Origin: Ignavibacteriota bacterium
GTDB taxonomy: Bacteria > Bacteroidota > Ignavibacteria > UBA10030 > SZUA-254
NCBI GenBank assembly: GCA_016212665.1
Contig: JACREZ010000040.1
Location: 24,178 to 88,177, forward strand
Direction: 5' to 3'
Length of the DNA stretch: 64,000 bases
Position numbers and translations under genes: made by a program. Positions 48,867 through 58,779 of the stretch are shown piece by piece. Under the pieces are notes generated by a model. The model saw nothing but the letters and a program-made list of their open reading frames with translations, ran no database searches and was not told where the DNA came from. Each line of letters opens with the position of its first letter. Within the stretch, counting starts at the first letter, position 1.

Positions 48867-49192
48867 TGCATCGCAATCGGTTTTACCGTAACGGCTCCGA
48901 TTGTATCGTATTGTGCCGTTGCCATCAGCAGACCAAAATTATCTTCTTCATCAATTTTCAGATGTGTACATTGCAATTTCCTGTTCACCCCCTCGCTCAA
49001 CATGTTGAAGAAATACGGAAACAAAATTTCGCTCCGGTATTCCTGTTGAGTCTTTGGAAGCGTTACACTGATTGCCGGTTTGCTGTTGTCGTTGAAGTAG
49101 GCATCATCATAGCGGAAAACAAAATGATGCCGGTCGTCCTCCGCCAGAATACCTGCAAATATTCCGTTGCGATATACGTTTGCCTGTCTCAT
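48863..49192 (-). CDS. hipS: HipS (HipA N-terminal-domain homologue; antitoxin of HipBST systems)
   Basis: 109 aa, 'VYRNGIFAGIL…FRYDDAY…' is a HipA_N/couple_hipA fold. 4-bp ATGA overlap with hipT. Confidence 0.8.
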   Translation of the reverse strand: MRQANVYRNGIFAGILAEDDRHHFVFRYDDAYFNDNSKPAISVTLPKTQQEYRSEILFPYFFNMLSEGVNRKLQCTHLKIDEEDNFGLLMATAQYDTIGAVTVKPIAMQ

Positions 49193-49196
49193 GGAA

Positions 49197-49427
49197 TTAC
49201 AGTTTTCCCGCTTTCCCCGCAGGCAGATTCATGACTTCAAGTTTCAATTCCATGCCGAGCACTTCTGCTAATTTGTTCAAGACATCTAACGAAGGATTGC
49301 CCTGACCTCTCTCCAATTTATACAACGTGTTCGTGCTGATGTTGGCTAACTCTGCAAGATGCGGCTGAGTGATTCCAAGTTCTTTTCTCCGGCGCTTTAT
49401 CGTTTCACCGATATATTTGGCTAACAT
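49197..49427 (-). CDS. hipB: HipB (XRE-family HTH protein)
   Basis: 'IKRRRKELGITQPHLAELANISTNTLYKLERGQGNPSLDVLNKLAEVLG' is an XRE HTH. Start set at the internal ATG; 4 nt upstream of hipS. Confidence 0.8.
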   Translation of the reverse strand: MLAKYIGETIKRRRKELGITQPHLAELANISTNTLYKLERGQGNPSLDVLNKLAEVLGMELKLEVMNLPAGKAGKL

Positions 49428-49505
49428 TATAGTGTGATTTTTTGAGCAAATGTAATAAGAAAAGCCTGACTTTGCAAGTAAAATCACAGTATAGTGTGAT
49501 TTAAT
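49428..49505. promoter_or_regulatory. Putative hipBST operator/promoter region
   Basis: 'TGTGATTTT'…'AAAATCACA' inverted repeat (49433–49441 / 49481–49489) and duplicated 'TAGTGTGATT' boxes (49430, 49493) directly upstream of hipB. Confidence 0.5.
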
Positions 49506-49576
49506 TACCGTGGGGAAGCGGTTAATATGTTACGCTTAAAAAGAATGTTGAGGGGGAAGAGGAATAATATTAGGTC

Positions 49577-49690
49577 GAATTTGAAGTCCTCCGCAAGCGA
49601 AACAGCGACGACGAAGACTTCGATTCCATTTCACGCAACAAACTCACCGAGTTGTTTGTGAAGTACGTGCCTGAGAGATTCGGGCGATAA
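49577..49690 (+). repeat. Direct repeat copy 2 (diverged 3' fragment of the 47622–47813 gene)
   Basis: 'GAATTTGAAGTCCTCCGCAAGCGAAACAGCGACGACGAAGACTTCGATTCCATTTCACGCAACAAACTCACCGAGTTGTTTGTGAAGTACGTGCCTGAGAGATTCGGGCGATAA'. Confidence 0.8.
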
Positions 49691-49883
49691 ATTTACTTCA
49701 AAAAGACTGGCTCCTGCTAATACTGATTTTTCAATCAGGAATTCTGTAATTAATGGTCTTTACATACGGGAGATTACCTGAGACGAAACAAGTGTGGTTA
49801 AGATGAAGCGAATGGTTGATTTTTGTCAAGTAAAGTAGTAACTTCTCTCAAAATGAACGCTTCACTTTTTTGCTAAAGATATT

Positions 49884-52511
49884 ATGAAAAAGATTCTAAG
49901 CATCATATGTTTCTTTGTTTTTACTTGGTTGCCTTCTAACGGACAAGAATGGGAATGGCAGTATCCAAAACCGCAGGGAAATTGGCTCAACAGTGTTTGG
50001 GTTTTCGATTCAAATAATGTAGTAACTGTAGGAGGGAACGGAACGGTATTGAAAACCACGGATAAAGGAGTAACTTGGAGAATTCTTTACCAAATAGATA
50101 GTGCTTCTGCTAACCTAACATCGCTTCAATTCATTAATCGGTGTGTAGGATGGTGCGTAGGAGGTAAGTCATTATTCCAAACATCAGATGGAGGACAAAC
50201 ATGGTTTCGCCATACAAATAATTTCGGCATTAATCTATCCTCTGTGTTTTTTATTGATGATATTCACGGATGGGTGTCAGGAGAAAATACCGTATGGCGC
50301 ACTATAAATGGTGGTGTGACATGGGATTCGAGTATAATTTCAGATTATTACACTATCTCGTCAATCTACTTTGTTAACGAACGATTGGGATGGGTGGCAT
50401 TACAGACAAAAGTTTATAAAACAACCAATGGAGGTTCTACATGGTTTCTCTCATTGAGTAGTAACGATGATTATGATTATTCCGTGTTCTTTGCTGACAG
50501 TTTGCATGGATGGGTAGGTGGTAAACGAGGGCAATGGTTTGCTGCTCATTTATTAACCACTGATGGTGGTACAAGCTGGATTGATCGTTCATGGGATGAG
50601 GTTATCTATGATCGTCTTCAGTCAATACAATTTGTTAATTCTATGCATGGATGGGCAATGGCGTCGAATTATCTCTATGAATCTGTTGATGGTGGTTGGA
50701 CGTGGGATTCTGTGGCTTCGATCGGTTCACTGAGTTCCCTCCATGTCACACGGGATGGATCTCATCTATGGGCAGTGGGTGGCCAAGGGTTTATTACCTC
50801 CTCAACAAATGGTGGTATCGAGTGGAACAATATTTCAAGTCATGCTGGTAGTTCGTTCGATGTAAAATTTTGTAATCCGTTAGTTGGGTGGGCGGTTGGT
50901 GGTGGGATACTGAAAACAACTAATGGTGGAAAAGAATGGTTTCCACAATATCAACCCGGCGGTACATTACATTCACTCTTTGTCCTTGATACACTTACTG
51001 CATGGTGTGTTGGTGAAGAATGGTCTGTGGTTTATCATACGACTGATGGGGGCGAACAATGGACAAAACAGTATGCTCCACAAAATTTTCGTGGCTGGTA
51101 CAAGGTCTTTTTTCTTAATAAGAATCTTGGTTGGCTCGCTGGAAGATTTGGTTCGTATGCAAAAACAACCGATGGAGGAAATCAATGGATAGCGATTAAT
51201 TCAGGAACCCCGGATGATTTAGGCTCGGTTTTTTTTCTTGATTCTTTGAATGGGTGGCTGGTAGGAAATGGAGGAAGTATTATGAAATCAACTGACGGCG
51301 GAATGACATGGACTGAAGTATCTACGGTCGCTTTTCCGCATCAGTTGTCAGATATCTCCTTTACATCAAATCAAATTGGATGGGTTTCAGGAACAAGTAC
51401 TCTCTTGAAAACGACTAATGGTGGAGTAAGTTGGTTTGACATCAATTCACTTCACATTACATCTTGGCAACATAAATTTCTCAGTGATGATGTCGGTTGG
51501 GCTGTTGGTCCGCAAGGTATTATTGCTACTGTTGACGGTGGAAAAAAATGGCAGTTTCTTCCGAATTCACCAAGCGGCTATGGCGTTGATATTTTCGATA
51601 GTGTTTCTATCTGGGTTGCTTGTGGTGCAGGCATTCTTCATACACCTGCGTCATCAGTAATCCAACCGCCCTATGTACAATGTTTCATACCCGGTCGCGG
51701 AGTACTTTTTTCAACAGGATGGAATTTGATATCGTTACCATTGGAAACCTCTGAAAGAAACCCGTCAATTGTTTTTCCTAATATCTCATCAAAAGCATAT
51801 CGGTACAATAAGGGTTACCAAATAACGGACACGCTGGAAATTGGAAAAGGGTATTGGGTAAAATCACAGGATGAACGTTTTCATTTTTTACACGGAGATA
51901 GTATGGAATCTGTTATGGTAGAGTTGTCCCAAGGATGGAATCTGATAGGAGGAATTACACAACAGATAAATGTCAGTAATGTAATTCAAGATTCGGCTGA
52001 CCTTATCATATCTCCATTTTATGAATACACGTCTGGCACGTATCAACTATCGAACGTACTTTCTCCAGGAAAAGGTTATTGGATAAAGACTCAAAGAAAT
52101 GGATCTATCACGCTCGCTTCTGATACAGGTTCGATCTTACTACAATCATTGGTCCGTTATCTTCCGATTAATCCGCTGAGTTTTCATGAATTACCCCCAT
52201 CACCACCATGGCAAATAGAAGATTTTCCTTCACCGCCTGAGATTACAGTTGCATTAAGGCTTGAGCAAAGTTACCCCAATCCATTCAACTCTTTGACAGA
52301 AATTAAATACACTCTTGCTAAAGAAATGTATGTTACGTTGAAGGTGTATAATGTATTGGGAGAAGAAATCATTACTCTCGTTGAGGGAGTAGTAAGTGCA
52401 GGAGATAAGCATGTACAATGGGATGCATCTCATGTTCCAAGCGGGATCTATTTTTACAAACTCACATCAGGTATATCTTTTGATGTAAAAAAGGCAGTTA
52501 TCTTGAAATAG
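49884..52511 (+). CDS. BNR/Ycf48-like repeat protein with T9SS C-terminal sorting domain
   Basis: Signal peptide. More than 12 'TTDGGxTW/ TTNGGxTW' sialidase-type BNR propeller repeats. A ~130-aa 'GWNLIS…GKGYWVK…GWNLIGG…GKGYWIK' module. CTD 'LEQSYPNPFNSLTEIKYTL…GIYFYKL'. Confidence 0.75.
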   Translation: MKKILSIICFFVFTWLPSNGQEWEWQYPKPQGNWLNSVWVFDSNNVVTVGGNGTVLKTTDKGVTWRILYQIDSASANLTSLQFINRCVGWCVGGKSLFQTSDGGQTWFRHTNNFGINLSSVFFIDDIHGWVSGENTVWRTINGGVTWDSSIISDYYTISSIYFVNERLGWVALQTKVYKTTNGGSTWFLSLSSNDDYDYSVFFADSLHGWVGGKRGQWFAAHLLTTDGGTSWIDRSWDEVIYDRLQSIQFVNSMHGWAMASNYLYESVDGGWTWDSVASIGSLSSLHVTRDGSHLWAVGGQGFITSSTNGGIEWNNISSHAGSSFDVKFCNPLVGWAVGGGILKTTNGGKEWFPQYQPGGTLHSLFVLDTLTAWCVGEEWSVVYHTTDGGEQWTKQYAPQNFRGWYKVFFLNKNLGWLAGRFGSYAKTTDGGNQWIAINSGTPDDLGSVFFLDSLNGWLVGNGGSIMKSTDGGMTWTEVSTVAFPHQLSDISFTSNQIGWVSGTSTLLKTTNGGVSWFDINSLHITSWQHKFLSDDVGWAVGPQGIIATVDGGKKWQFLPNSPSGYGVDIFDSVSIWVACGAGILHTPASSVIQPPYVQCFIPGRGVLFSTGWNLISLPLETSERNPSIVFPNISSKAYRYNKGYQITDTLEIGKGYWVKSQDERFHFLHGDSMESVMVELSQGWNLIGGITQQINVSNVIQDSADLIISPFYEYTSGTYQLSNVLSPGKGYWIKTQRNGSITLASDTGSILLQSLVRYLPINPLSFHELPPSPPWQIEDFPSPPEITVALRLEQSYPNPFNSLTEIKYTLAKEMYVTLKVYNVLGEEIITLVEGVVSAGDKHVQWDASHVPSGIYFYKLTSGISFDVKKAVILK

Positions 52512-52624
52512 TAACCTACACAATTCTTTGTATAACTTTCCTATTTTATAGTATCGGATTAAAGATCAAAGAAATTTCTTACATTCTTCCTCATTCATTT
52601 GTTTGATTTCAGAAAAGGAAACCT

Positions 52625-53716
52625 ATGCCCAAAACATTGAAACGAGTCGGAATTCTCACCGGTGGCGGAGACTGCCCCGGACTCAACGCCGTCATCCGAA
52701 GCATCGCCAAACCGGCGATGTCGTTCTTCAATGCAAAAGTCATCGGTATCGTGGATGGCTTCGAAGGATTTGTCGAAGGAAAAATGCGTGAGTTGACAAA
52801 ACTCGACATTCTCGGAATTGTCAATCTCGGCGGAACAATTCTCGGCACATCGAACAAAGGCGACCCGTTCCACTATCCCGTCGAAGGACCGAAAGGAATT
52901 ACCACGCTCGATTACTCGGAACACGCGCTCATCAATTATCAGAAATGGGAACTCGATGCGCTCTTTGCCATCGGCGGCGACGGGACGATGAACATCGCAT
53001 ACAAATTTTCCAAGATGGGAATGAACATCATCGGCGTTCCGAAAACAATTGATAACGACCTCGAAGCAACCGACGTAACGTTCGGGTACGATTCCGCTCT
53101 TTCGATTGCTACGGAAGCGATTGACCGTCTCCACACTACCGCGTCTGCGCATCACCGCGTCATGGTGATTGAAGTGATGGGACGCTACGCAGGATGGATT
53201 GCACTCGGCGCAGGACTTGCCGGCGGCGCGGATATTATCCTCATTCCTGAAATTCCATTCAAGTGGGATTCGATTTTTGAAACGGTTCTCAAGCGAAGTA
53301 AAGGCGCGCGGTTCAGCATCGTGTGCGTTGCGGAAGGTGCGAAACCGGAAGACGGCCAGATTGTCGTCAAAGAACATGATACAAAGCGAACCGACCCGTT
53401 GCGTCTCGGCGGTATCGGCGACCTTGTTGCACGGAAAATCACCGAACATACCGGATTGGAAACACGCACGACTGTGCTTGGTCACTTACAGCGCGGCGGA
53501 AGTCCGACAGCATACGATAGAATTCTCGCCACGAAATTCGGTTCGATGGCGTTGCAAGCGGCATCGGAAGGAAAATTCGGACAGATGGTCAGTCTGCGCG
53601 GGCGCGATGTTGAATTAGTGAAACTCGAAGATGCCATTAGTCGTCAGCGACTTGTGCCGTTGGATTCGCAGTTGATATTGACAGCGAGAGCGGTGGGAAC
53701 GAGTTTTGGTGATTAA
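52625..53716 (+). CDS. pfkA: 6-phosphofructokinase (PfkA family)
   Basis: 'GILTGGGDCPGLNAVIR', 'IGGDGT', 'PKTIDNDL', 'MGRYAG', 'VLGHLQRGGSPTAYDR'. Confidence 0.9.
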   Translation: MPKTLKRVGILTGGGDCPGLNAVIRSIAKPAMSFFNAKVIGIVDGFEGFVEGKMRELTKLDILGIVNLGGTILGTSNKGDPFHYPVEGPKGITTLDYSEHALINYQKWELDALFAIGGDGTMNIAYKFSKMGMNIIGVPKTIDNDLEATDVTFGYDSALSIATEAIDRLHTTASAHHRVMVIEVMGRYAGWIALGAGLAGGADIILIPEIPFKWDSIFETVLKRSKGARFSIVCVAEGAKPEDGQIVVKEHDTKRTDPLRLGGIGDLVARKITEHTGLETRTTVLGHLQRGGSPTAYDRILATKFGSMALQAASEGKFGQMVSLRGRDVELVKLEDAISRQRLVPLDSQLILTARAVGTSFGD

Positions 53717-55346
53717 TTGGATTTCGAATTTCGGATTACCAATTGCGGATTTACAATGTAGACTGATAACTTTAGTTTGCTCGATTGTTCTGTTCATTGT
53801 ATTTTTCCCTTTGTCTCAATTCGTTCAAGCACAGGAAAATCCTAGCTTAGTACAAACAGAAGAAGTGACGTTAATTCCGGGTGGAAACATTCTGCCATCC
53901 GGGTTTGCTTCGGAAATACTGTTTGAAGCAATCAACATTCCTATGAACAACGTTGAGCCGTTCTTGTCCATGGCAATAGTGTGGGAGATGAATAACATCG
54001 AACAAGACGAAGTAACGCTTTTCATTCGCTCCCACGACGGAGTGAAATGGAGCGAATGGCAAATAGTTCACCGCGATGAAGACGTTGTGTCCTCGACCGA
54101 AAATCTTTCGAGTGCATTGCTGTTTCTGGGAAAAGAGACACAGTCAATTCAATGTAAACTTCGTTTCACCATCCCCGTTTCCAATGGTTCATCAACGATA
54201 AAAAGTTTGAAGTTCACGTTCATCAACCCGGGAACAACGCCTCAACCAATCAAGCAAACGAATTCTTCACATCGCACTTTCAACGTCGTTCCTTCATTTC
54301 TTTCCCGCACTGATTGGTCATGTCCCGAAGGGCAATCATCTCCGCGATGGTCTCCGTTGCAAACTAATGTTACGCATCTCATTGTTCATCATACGGCAGA
54401 TTCAAATAATCATTCTGATTGGGCGGCAGTTGTCCGTTCGATTTGGGTGTATCATGCAAACACGCTCGGCTGGGGCGACATCGGATACAACTGGTTGATT
54501 GACCCGAACGGCGTATTATATCAAGGACGAGCATGGTATGGCGATTCGATTTCAAATATTCGGGGCGGACATTTCTGCGGCATCGCTCCCGACCCGAACG
54601 GCATTAACAATAACGAGCAGACGATGGGTGTTTCGCTACTCGGAACGTTTACATCTATCGCACCGACCGATACTGCGTTGGAAATATTACGAAACGTTCT
54701 TGCATGGAAAGCATACGAGAGAACAATTGCGCCGTTGGATACTTCGTTTCATTCACCAACCGGGTTGACTATTCCGAACATCAGCGGGCATCGAGTTGGA
54801 TGCTCGACAGAGTGTCCGGGCGAGAGTCTGTATACGCGGCTTTCTTCTCTTCGCATCGCAGTTGATTCTGTCATAAAAACGTTTCCTGTAACTCTCACCC
54901 GAGAAGCAAACGCAGGATGGAATATGTTTTCTTTTCCCGTAGAGTTGAATGATGAAAGCACGATTGATATTCCTGCCGGAACATCTTCCCTTACAAGATA
55001 TAATTGCAACGGTGGATATTTCGTCGAAGACACTTTGAAATCGGGTAAAGGATATTGGATGAAACTTCCATCGGAAGGAACGGTAAGCGTTTCTGGAATG
55101 CCGATGAGAAGTGATACTCTTGAAGTCAACTGCGATTGGAATTTTATCGGGACACTTTCCGAACCAATCTCTGTCGGTTCTGTGCAAACAATCCCCGATG
55201 GAATTCTTACTTCTTCTTTTTTCGGATACGCACAGGGAACCGGTTACTTCGCGGCAGATACACTTATGCCGTTTCAGGCATATTGGATAAAAGTGAATCA
55301 GCCTGGAAAAATCGTTCTCTTTGCATGGCCTCCCTCTTCGCGTTGA
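53706..55346 (+). CDS. N-acetylmuramoyl-L-alanine amidase (Amidase_2/PGRP) domain protein with C-terminal 'GWN…GKGYW' module
   Basis: 'THLIVHHTADSNNHSDWAAVVRSIWVYHANTLGWGDIGYNWLIDPNG' is an Amidase_2 Zn site. N-terminal TM/signal. The C-terminal ~130-aa module is shared with the two neighbouring T9SS proteins. Confidence 0.7.
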   Translation: MVINWISNFGLPIADLQCRLITLVCSIVLFIVFFPLSQFVQAQENPSLVQTEEVTLIPGGNILPSGFASEILFEAINIPMNNVEPFLSMAIVWEMNNIEQDEVTLFIRSHDGVKWSEWQIVHRDEDVVSSTENLSSALLFLGKETQSIQCKLRFTIPVSNGSSTIKSLKFTFINPGTTPQPIKQTNSSHRTFNVVPSFLSRTDWSCPEGQSSPRWSPLQTNVTHLIVHHTADSNNHSDWAAVVRSIWVYHANTLGWGDIGYNWLIDPNGVLYQGRAWYGDSISNIRGGHFCGIAPDPNGINNNEQTMGVSLLGTFTSIAPTDTALEILRNVLAWKAYERTIAPLDTSFHSPTGLTIPNISGHRVGCSTECPGESLYTRLSSLRIAVDSVIKTFPVTLTREANAGWNMFSFPVELNDESTIDIPAGTSSLTRYNCNGGYFVEDTLKSGKGYWMKLPSEGTVSVSGMPMRSDTLEVNCDWNFIGTLSEPISVGSVQTIPDGILTSSFFGYAQGTGYFAADTLMPFQAYWIKVNQPGKIVLFAWPPSSR

Positions 55347-55363
55347 CCCATTGACATTCCTGC

Positions 55364-58300
55364 TTACTTCAAAACGGTCATCCGTTTCACTTCTGTTACG
55401 TTCCCCGCTGTTAAGCGATACACGTACACACCGCTCGAAAGTTTATCGGCGAAAAACTCCACGCTCTTCGTTCCAGCGTCCTGCACTTCGTTGACAAGCG
55501 TTGCAACTTCCTCTCCAAGAAGATTGAACACCTTCAAGGAGACAAAAGTATTAACCGACAACCGGTAACTGATAACCGTAACCGGATTGAACGGGTTTGG
55601 ATAATTCTGACCAAGAGAAATCTGTTGAGGAAGTTCAGACGAGTTACCGGTTTCGATGGTCAACGTTCCTTCCGGCCCTGATGAGAGCGAAATGACGGGT
55701 AATGTATTGAAATCATATTCATGTATGATTACACCCTGTTTCCGCTCGACAAGTTTGTATGAACCATGTTGGTTGCCCGCCAATGTTAAGTTCAACGGAT
55801 ATTCCGCCGAACGAATTTCGATAGTGGCTTTTGATGTCGCTTCAGAAAGTGATTCCGTATTTCGCTGAGAAGCAAACCGCACATCGAACACGCCCGATGG
55901 CGGAATAGGCGGCAATTCATTCATCACTGTTGTTCGTTGACTTGCTTCGGCATCCCGGAGATATAATGTTCGCACTCTGCCTTTGTTATCCTTGAAGTTC
56001 AGAGAAGCCTGTCCGTTGTTCTCATCAACAGGCATTGTTTTGGAAGCGATGAGAGAACTGTTCAACACAAGTGAACCGGCTTCTGAGGCTTTCAGCCAAT
56101 ATCCTTTTCCCGGCTGAATCGTTCCGGCAATGGTATAACCCGAATCGGGATGATAGCCGAAAAGTTGTGAGAGTGTCATCGTCGGAGGAATCGGTTCAAG
56201 CGTTGATGCAGAGAAGGATGAACTGAGTGAGCCGATGATATTCCACTTTTCTCTCACCGCAATCGTTTCCTGTGATGTTGATAATCCATAAATCGGGAAT
56301 GTTAATGCAGAAGCATATTTTATCCAGAAACCATTTCCGATGATTGCTGTATCGAGCGTTTCATACCCACCGACATATTTGAATGCTTCTGAAGCCGCAC
56401 CTGAAAAAATATTGCTGATGAGTTCGTTCTCATACCGTGCAGGAACCGACACAAGATTCCATGACGGCAACACAGAGACTGCAAGCACCGGCATTTCAAA
56501 TACGGCATTGCTCTGGTCGAGCAATGTTGAATCGGCTGAGTTTTTCAATCGGACCAATGCTGTTGTTGTTCCTTCTCCATCAACCGTCCACAAGTATGAA
56601 CCGGACGATGCCGGAAGATTCGCAACAATGGTTGCCCACGTCGTTCCGTTATCAACCGAAAGTTCAATCGTAATTGAATCAACAAGTAAACTTGACCATG
56701 AAATTGTTTGCTGAGTTCCAATCTGCCAGACCTCTCCTCCGTTGGGAACGAGAAGATGAAGCTGCGGCTGGATTTTAATTATCGTGAAGGTGGCGTCGCT
56801 TGTATCGGCAATTGAAGAATTGCTGAGATTTATGATTCGCACCAGCGCTTCGGTCGTATCGGGAACATTCGGCAATTGCCAGTCAATAGTTCCCGTTGAT
56901 GCTGAAGTATCTGCAATGATAGTCGTCCACGTTCCGCCTGCATCCAAAGAATATTCAATGGTAACGTTACTCACATTTTCATACGACCATGAGATTTGAT
57001 GCATGCTCTCACTTTCCCAGATTTCTCCGCCATTCGGAACAAGCACGGTAACATTCACTGAAACAAAAATCGTAAATGAAGAACTGCTCAAATCAAGAAG
57101 CGTCGTGTCGGAAACATCGCGGACACGAATTCTTCCCTGCGTTGTCGGCGTGTTCGGAACATTCCACGTGTACGTTCCGCCCGATGCCGGAAGGGATGAT
57201 TGTATGATATTCCATGTCGAACCATCGTCCGTTGAGTAGGAGATTTCCACGCTGTCAACACACGCGGCAGACCAATTGATGTTCACGTTTGATTGCGCTT
57301 TCAGCAATTCGCTTCCGTTGGGAGAAGAAAGAGAAAGTGAACGTGTGGTTTTCACAAACGAAAACGTGTCACGTGTTGCAATTTGTGTCGCTTCATCTTT
57401 TGTGGTGATGTACCATTTGTATGTTCCGTTCGCCAGTGAAGCAACATTATTCAGAGTGAAGGATGTGTCGGTAGTAAGAACATACATTGTATCAACTCCC
57501 GGTCCTTTCAGAGAAAACCAATACGCGTGCGGATCTTTCGCCGGGTCTGCAACTCTTGACCATTTGAAATTAATCGGATTGTTCGAACAGAACGCTTGTT
57601 GGTTCGCGGGTTCAAGTAAACTGACCGGGGTGCGCGGAGCGAGATTATTAAACCGAAATACAAACAAGCCGTTCTGCATATCGCCTGCAATCACTTTGCC
57701 CGACCAGAAATACGGATAGACAGCCCATACACCATTGTACCCGGGGGCGGGTTCTAACGATGTATCATAATATCCCGCCGTTGTAGGTGAATATGGATTT
57801 GAAATGTCAACAACCTGAATACCTGCTGTGTACCATGCTACATAAGCATAATTACCGCGCACAAAAACATTGTGTACGATATCGTCACCTCCAACTCTAT
57901 ATGTTGCAATCGGCGAAGTTGGTGCTGGTGGAATATTTTGCACATCCCAGAACTTCAAATTTTTTACTGAATTGCCGACTTCATCGGTTGTAATGACAAA
58001 ATTGCCATCGGTTGTTGTCCATGCATTATGCGTTCCGGCATTGCTGTACGTTATTTTTGTAATATGTGTTGGGTTAGCCTTGTTAGTAATGTTTGCTACA
58101 TTCAATCCGCCCGGGGTATAAATGCTCGCCGAATACAATCGGTTTCCATGCACGTAACTGTCATGCGCATATTCCTGTTGGTATTGACCGACATAGGTTG
58201 GCGTATCAACGTTTGCTAGACTAAAAATCAGTACGCCTCCTGGCGACCAATTCGCGCTTCCATTGAGATACATGTATCCATCGAAAATTTCGATGCTGTG

Positions 58301-58729
58301 ATTTCTCAAAATATTTTTCGAGCCACTTGTGTAATTGAATGAGCGAACAAGGTTTGCAGAGTTGGGAAGGTTTTCGAGATTGATGATTTGTACACCACTT
58401 CCTCCTTCGCTGACGACATATGCGCGTTGCTTGTAGGTTCGCATCTCACGCCAGATAGAGGATGGTCCGCTGATGTGCGTAATTTCCCGGATTGAATCGG
58501 TGCTGGTTATATCGATGATTTGCGTGCCGGTGTACGTCCCGACGATTGCATATTCACGACCGTTCGGAGCGACATACCCCCAACATGCAGAATATGAAAT
58601 GTTATCTCCCGACGTACCATGCTTTTGGTCAAGATGACCGACGAACGAAAGACCGTTTTGCGAGAAAAGAGAGGAAGTGAAAAGAACAACCAACGAAACA
58701 ATGATAAAAAGGAGTTGAACGAATTTCAT
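55364..58729 (-). CDS. Large secreted LVIVD-repeat / tandem Ig-like-repeat protein with T9SS C-terminal domain
   Basis: Signal peptide. LVIVD-type propeller repeats ('YAYVAWYTAGIQVVDISNPYSP'). Three ~90-aa tandem repeats ('LLVPNGGEVWQ…ISWS…IEYS.D.G.TW'). 'GWNLVSVP…GKGYWLK' module. CTD 'QNYPNPFNPVTVISYRL…GVYVYRL'. Confidence 0.7.
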   Translation of the reverse strand: MKFVQLLFIIVSLVVLFTSSLFSQNGLSFVGHLDQKHGTSGDNISYSACWGYVAPNGREYAIVGTYTGTQIIDITSTDSIREITHISGPSSIWREMRTYKQRAYVVSEGGSGVQIINLENLPNSANLVRSFNYTSGSKNILRNHSIEIFDGYMYLNGSANWSPGGVLIFSLANVDTPTYVGQYQQEYAHDSYVHGNRLYSASIYTPGGLNVANITNKANPTHITKITYSNAGTHNAWTTTDGNFVITTDEVGNSVKNLKFWDVQNIPPAPTSPIATYRVGGDDIVHNVFVRGNYAYVAWYTAGIQVVDISNPYSPTTAGYYDTSLEPAPGYNGVWAVYPYFWSGKVIAGDMQNGLFVFRFNNLAPRTPVSLLEPANQQAFCSNNPINFKWSRVADPAKDPHAYWFSLKGPGVDTMYVLTTDTSFTLNNVASLANGTYKWYITTKDEATQIATRDTFSFVKTTRSLSLSSPNGSELLKAQSNVNINWSAACVDSVEISYSTDDGSTWNIIQSSLPASGGTYTWNVPNTPTTQGRIRVRDVSDTTLLDLSSSSFTIFVSVNVTVLVPNGGEIWESESMHQISWSYENVSNVTIEYSLDAGGTWTTIIADTSASTGTIDWQLPNVPDTTEALVRIINLSNSSIADTSDATFTIIKIQPQLHLLVPNGGEVWQIGTQQTISWSSLLVDSITIELSVDNGTTWATIVANLPASSGSYLWTVDGEGTTTALVRLKNSADSTLLDQSNAVFEMPVLAVSVLPSWNLVSVPARYENELISNIFSGAASEAFKYVGGYETLDTAIIGNGFWIKYASALTFPIYGLSTSQETIAVREKWNIIGSLSSSFSASTLEPIPPTMTLSQLFGYHPDSGYTIAGTIQPGKGYWLKASEAGSLVLNSSLIASKTMPVDENNGQASLNFKDNKGRVRTLYLRDAEASQRTTVMNELPPIPPSGVFDVRFASQRNTESLSEATSKATIEIRSAEYPLNLTLAGNQHGSYKLVERKQGVIIHEYDFNTLPVISLSSGPEGTLTIETGNSSELPQQISLGQNYPNPFNPVTVISYRLSVNTFVSLKVFNLLGEEVATLVNEVQDAGTKSVEFFADKLSSGVYVYRLTAGNVTEVKRMTVLK

Positions 58730-58779
58730 AGCGAGGATAAAACTTTTTGATTACTGAAGAACAAAAATATCAGGTAGAA

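Noticed and set aside
52595-53485. 296-aa antisense ORF opposite pfkA
   Set aside because: It is opposite a canonical phosphofructokinase and is a chance open frame.
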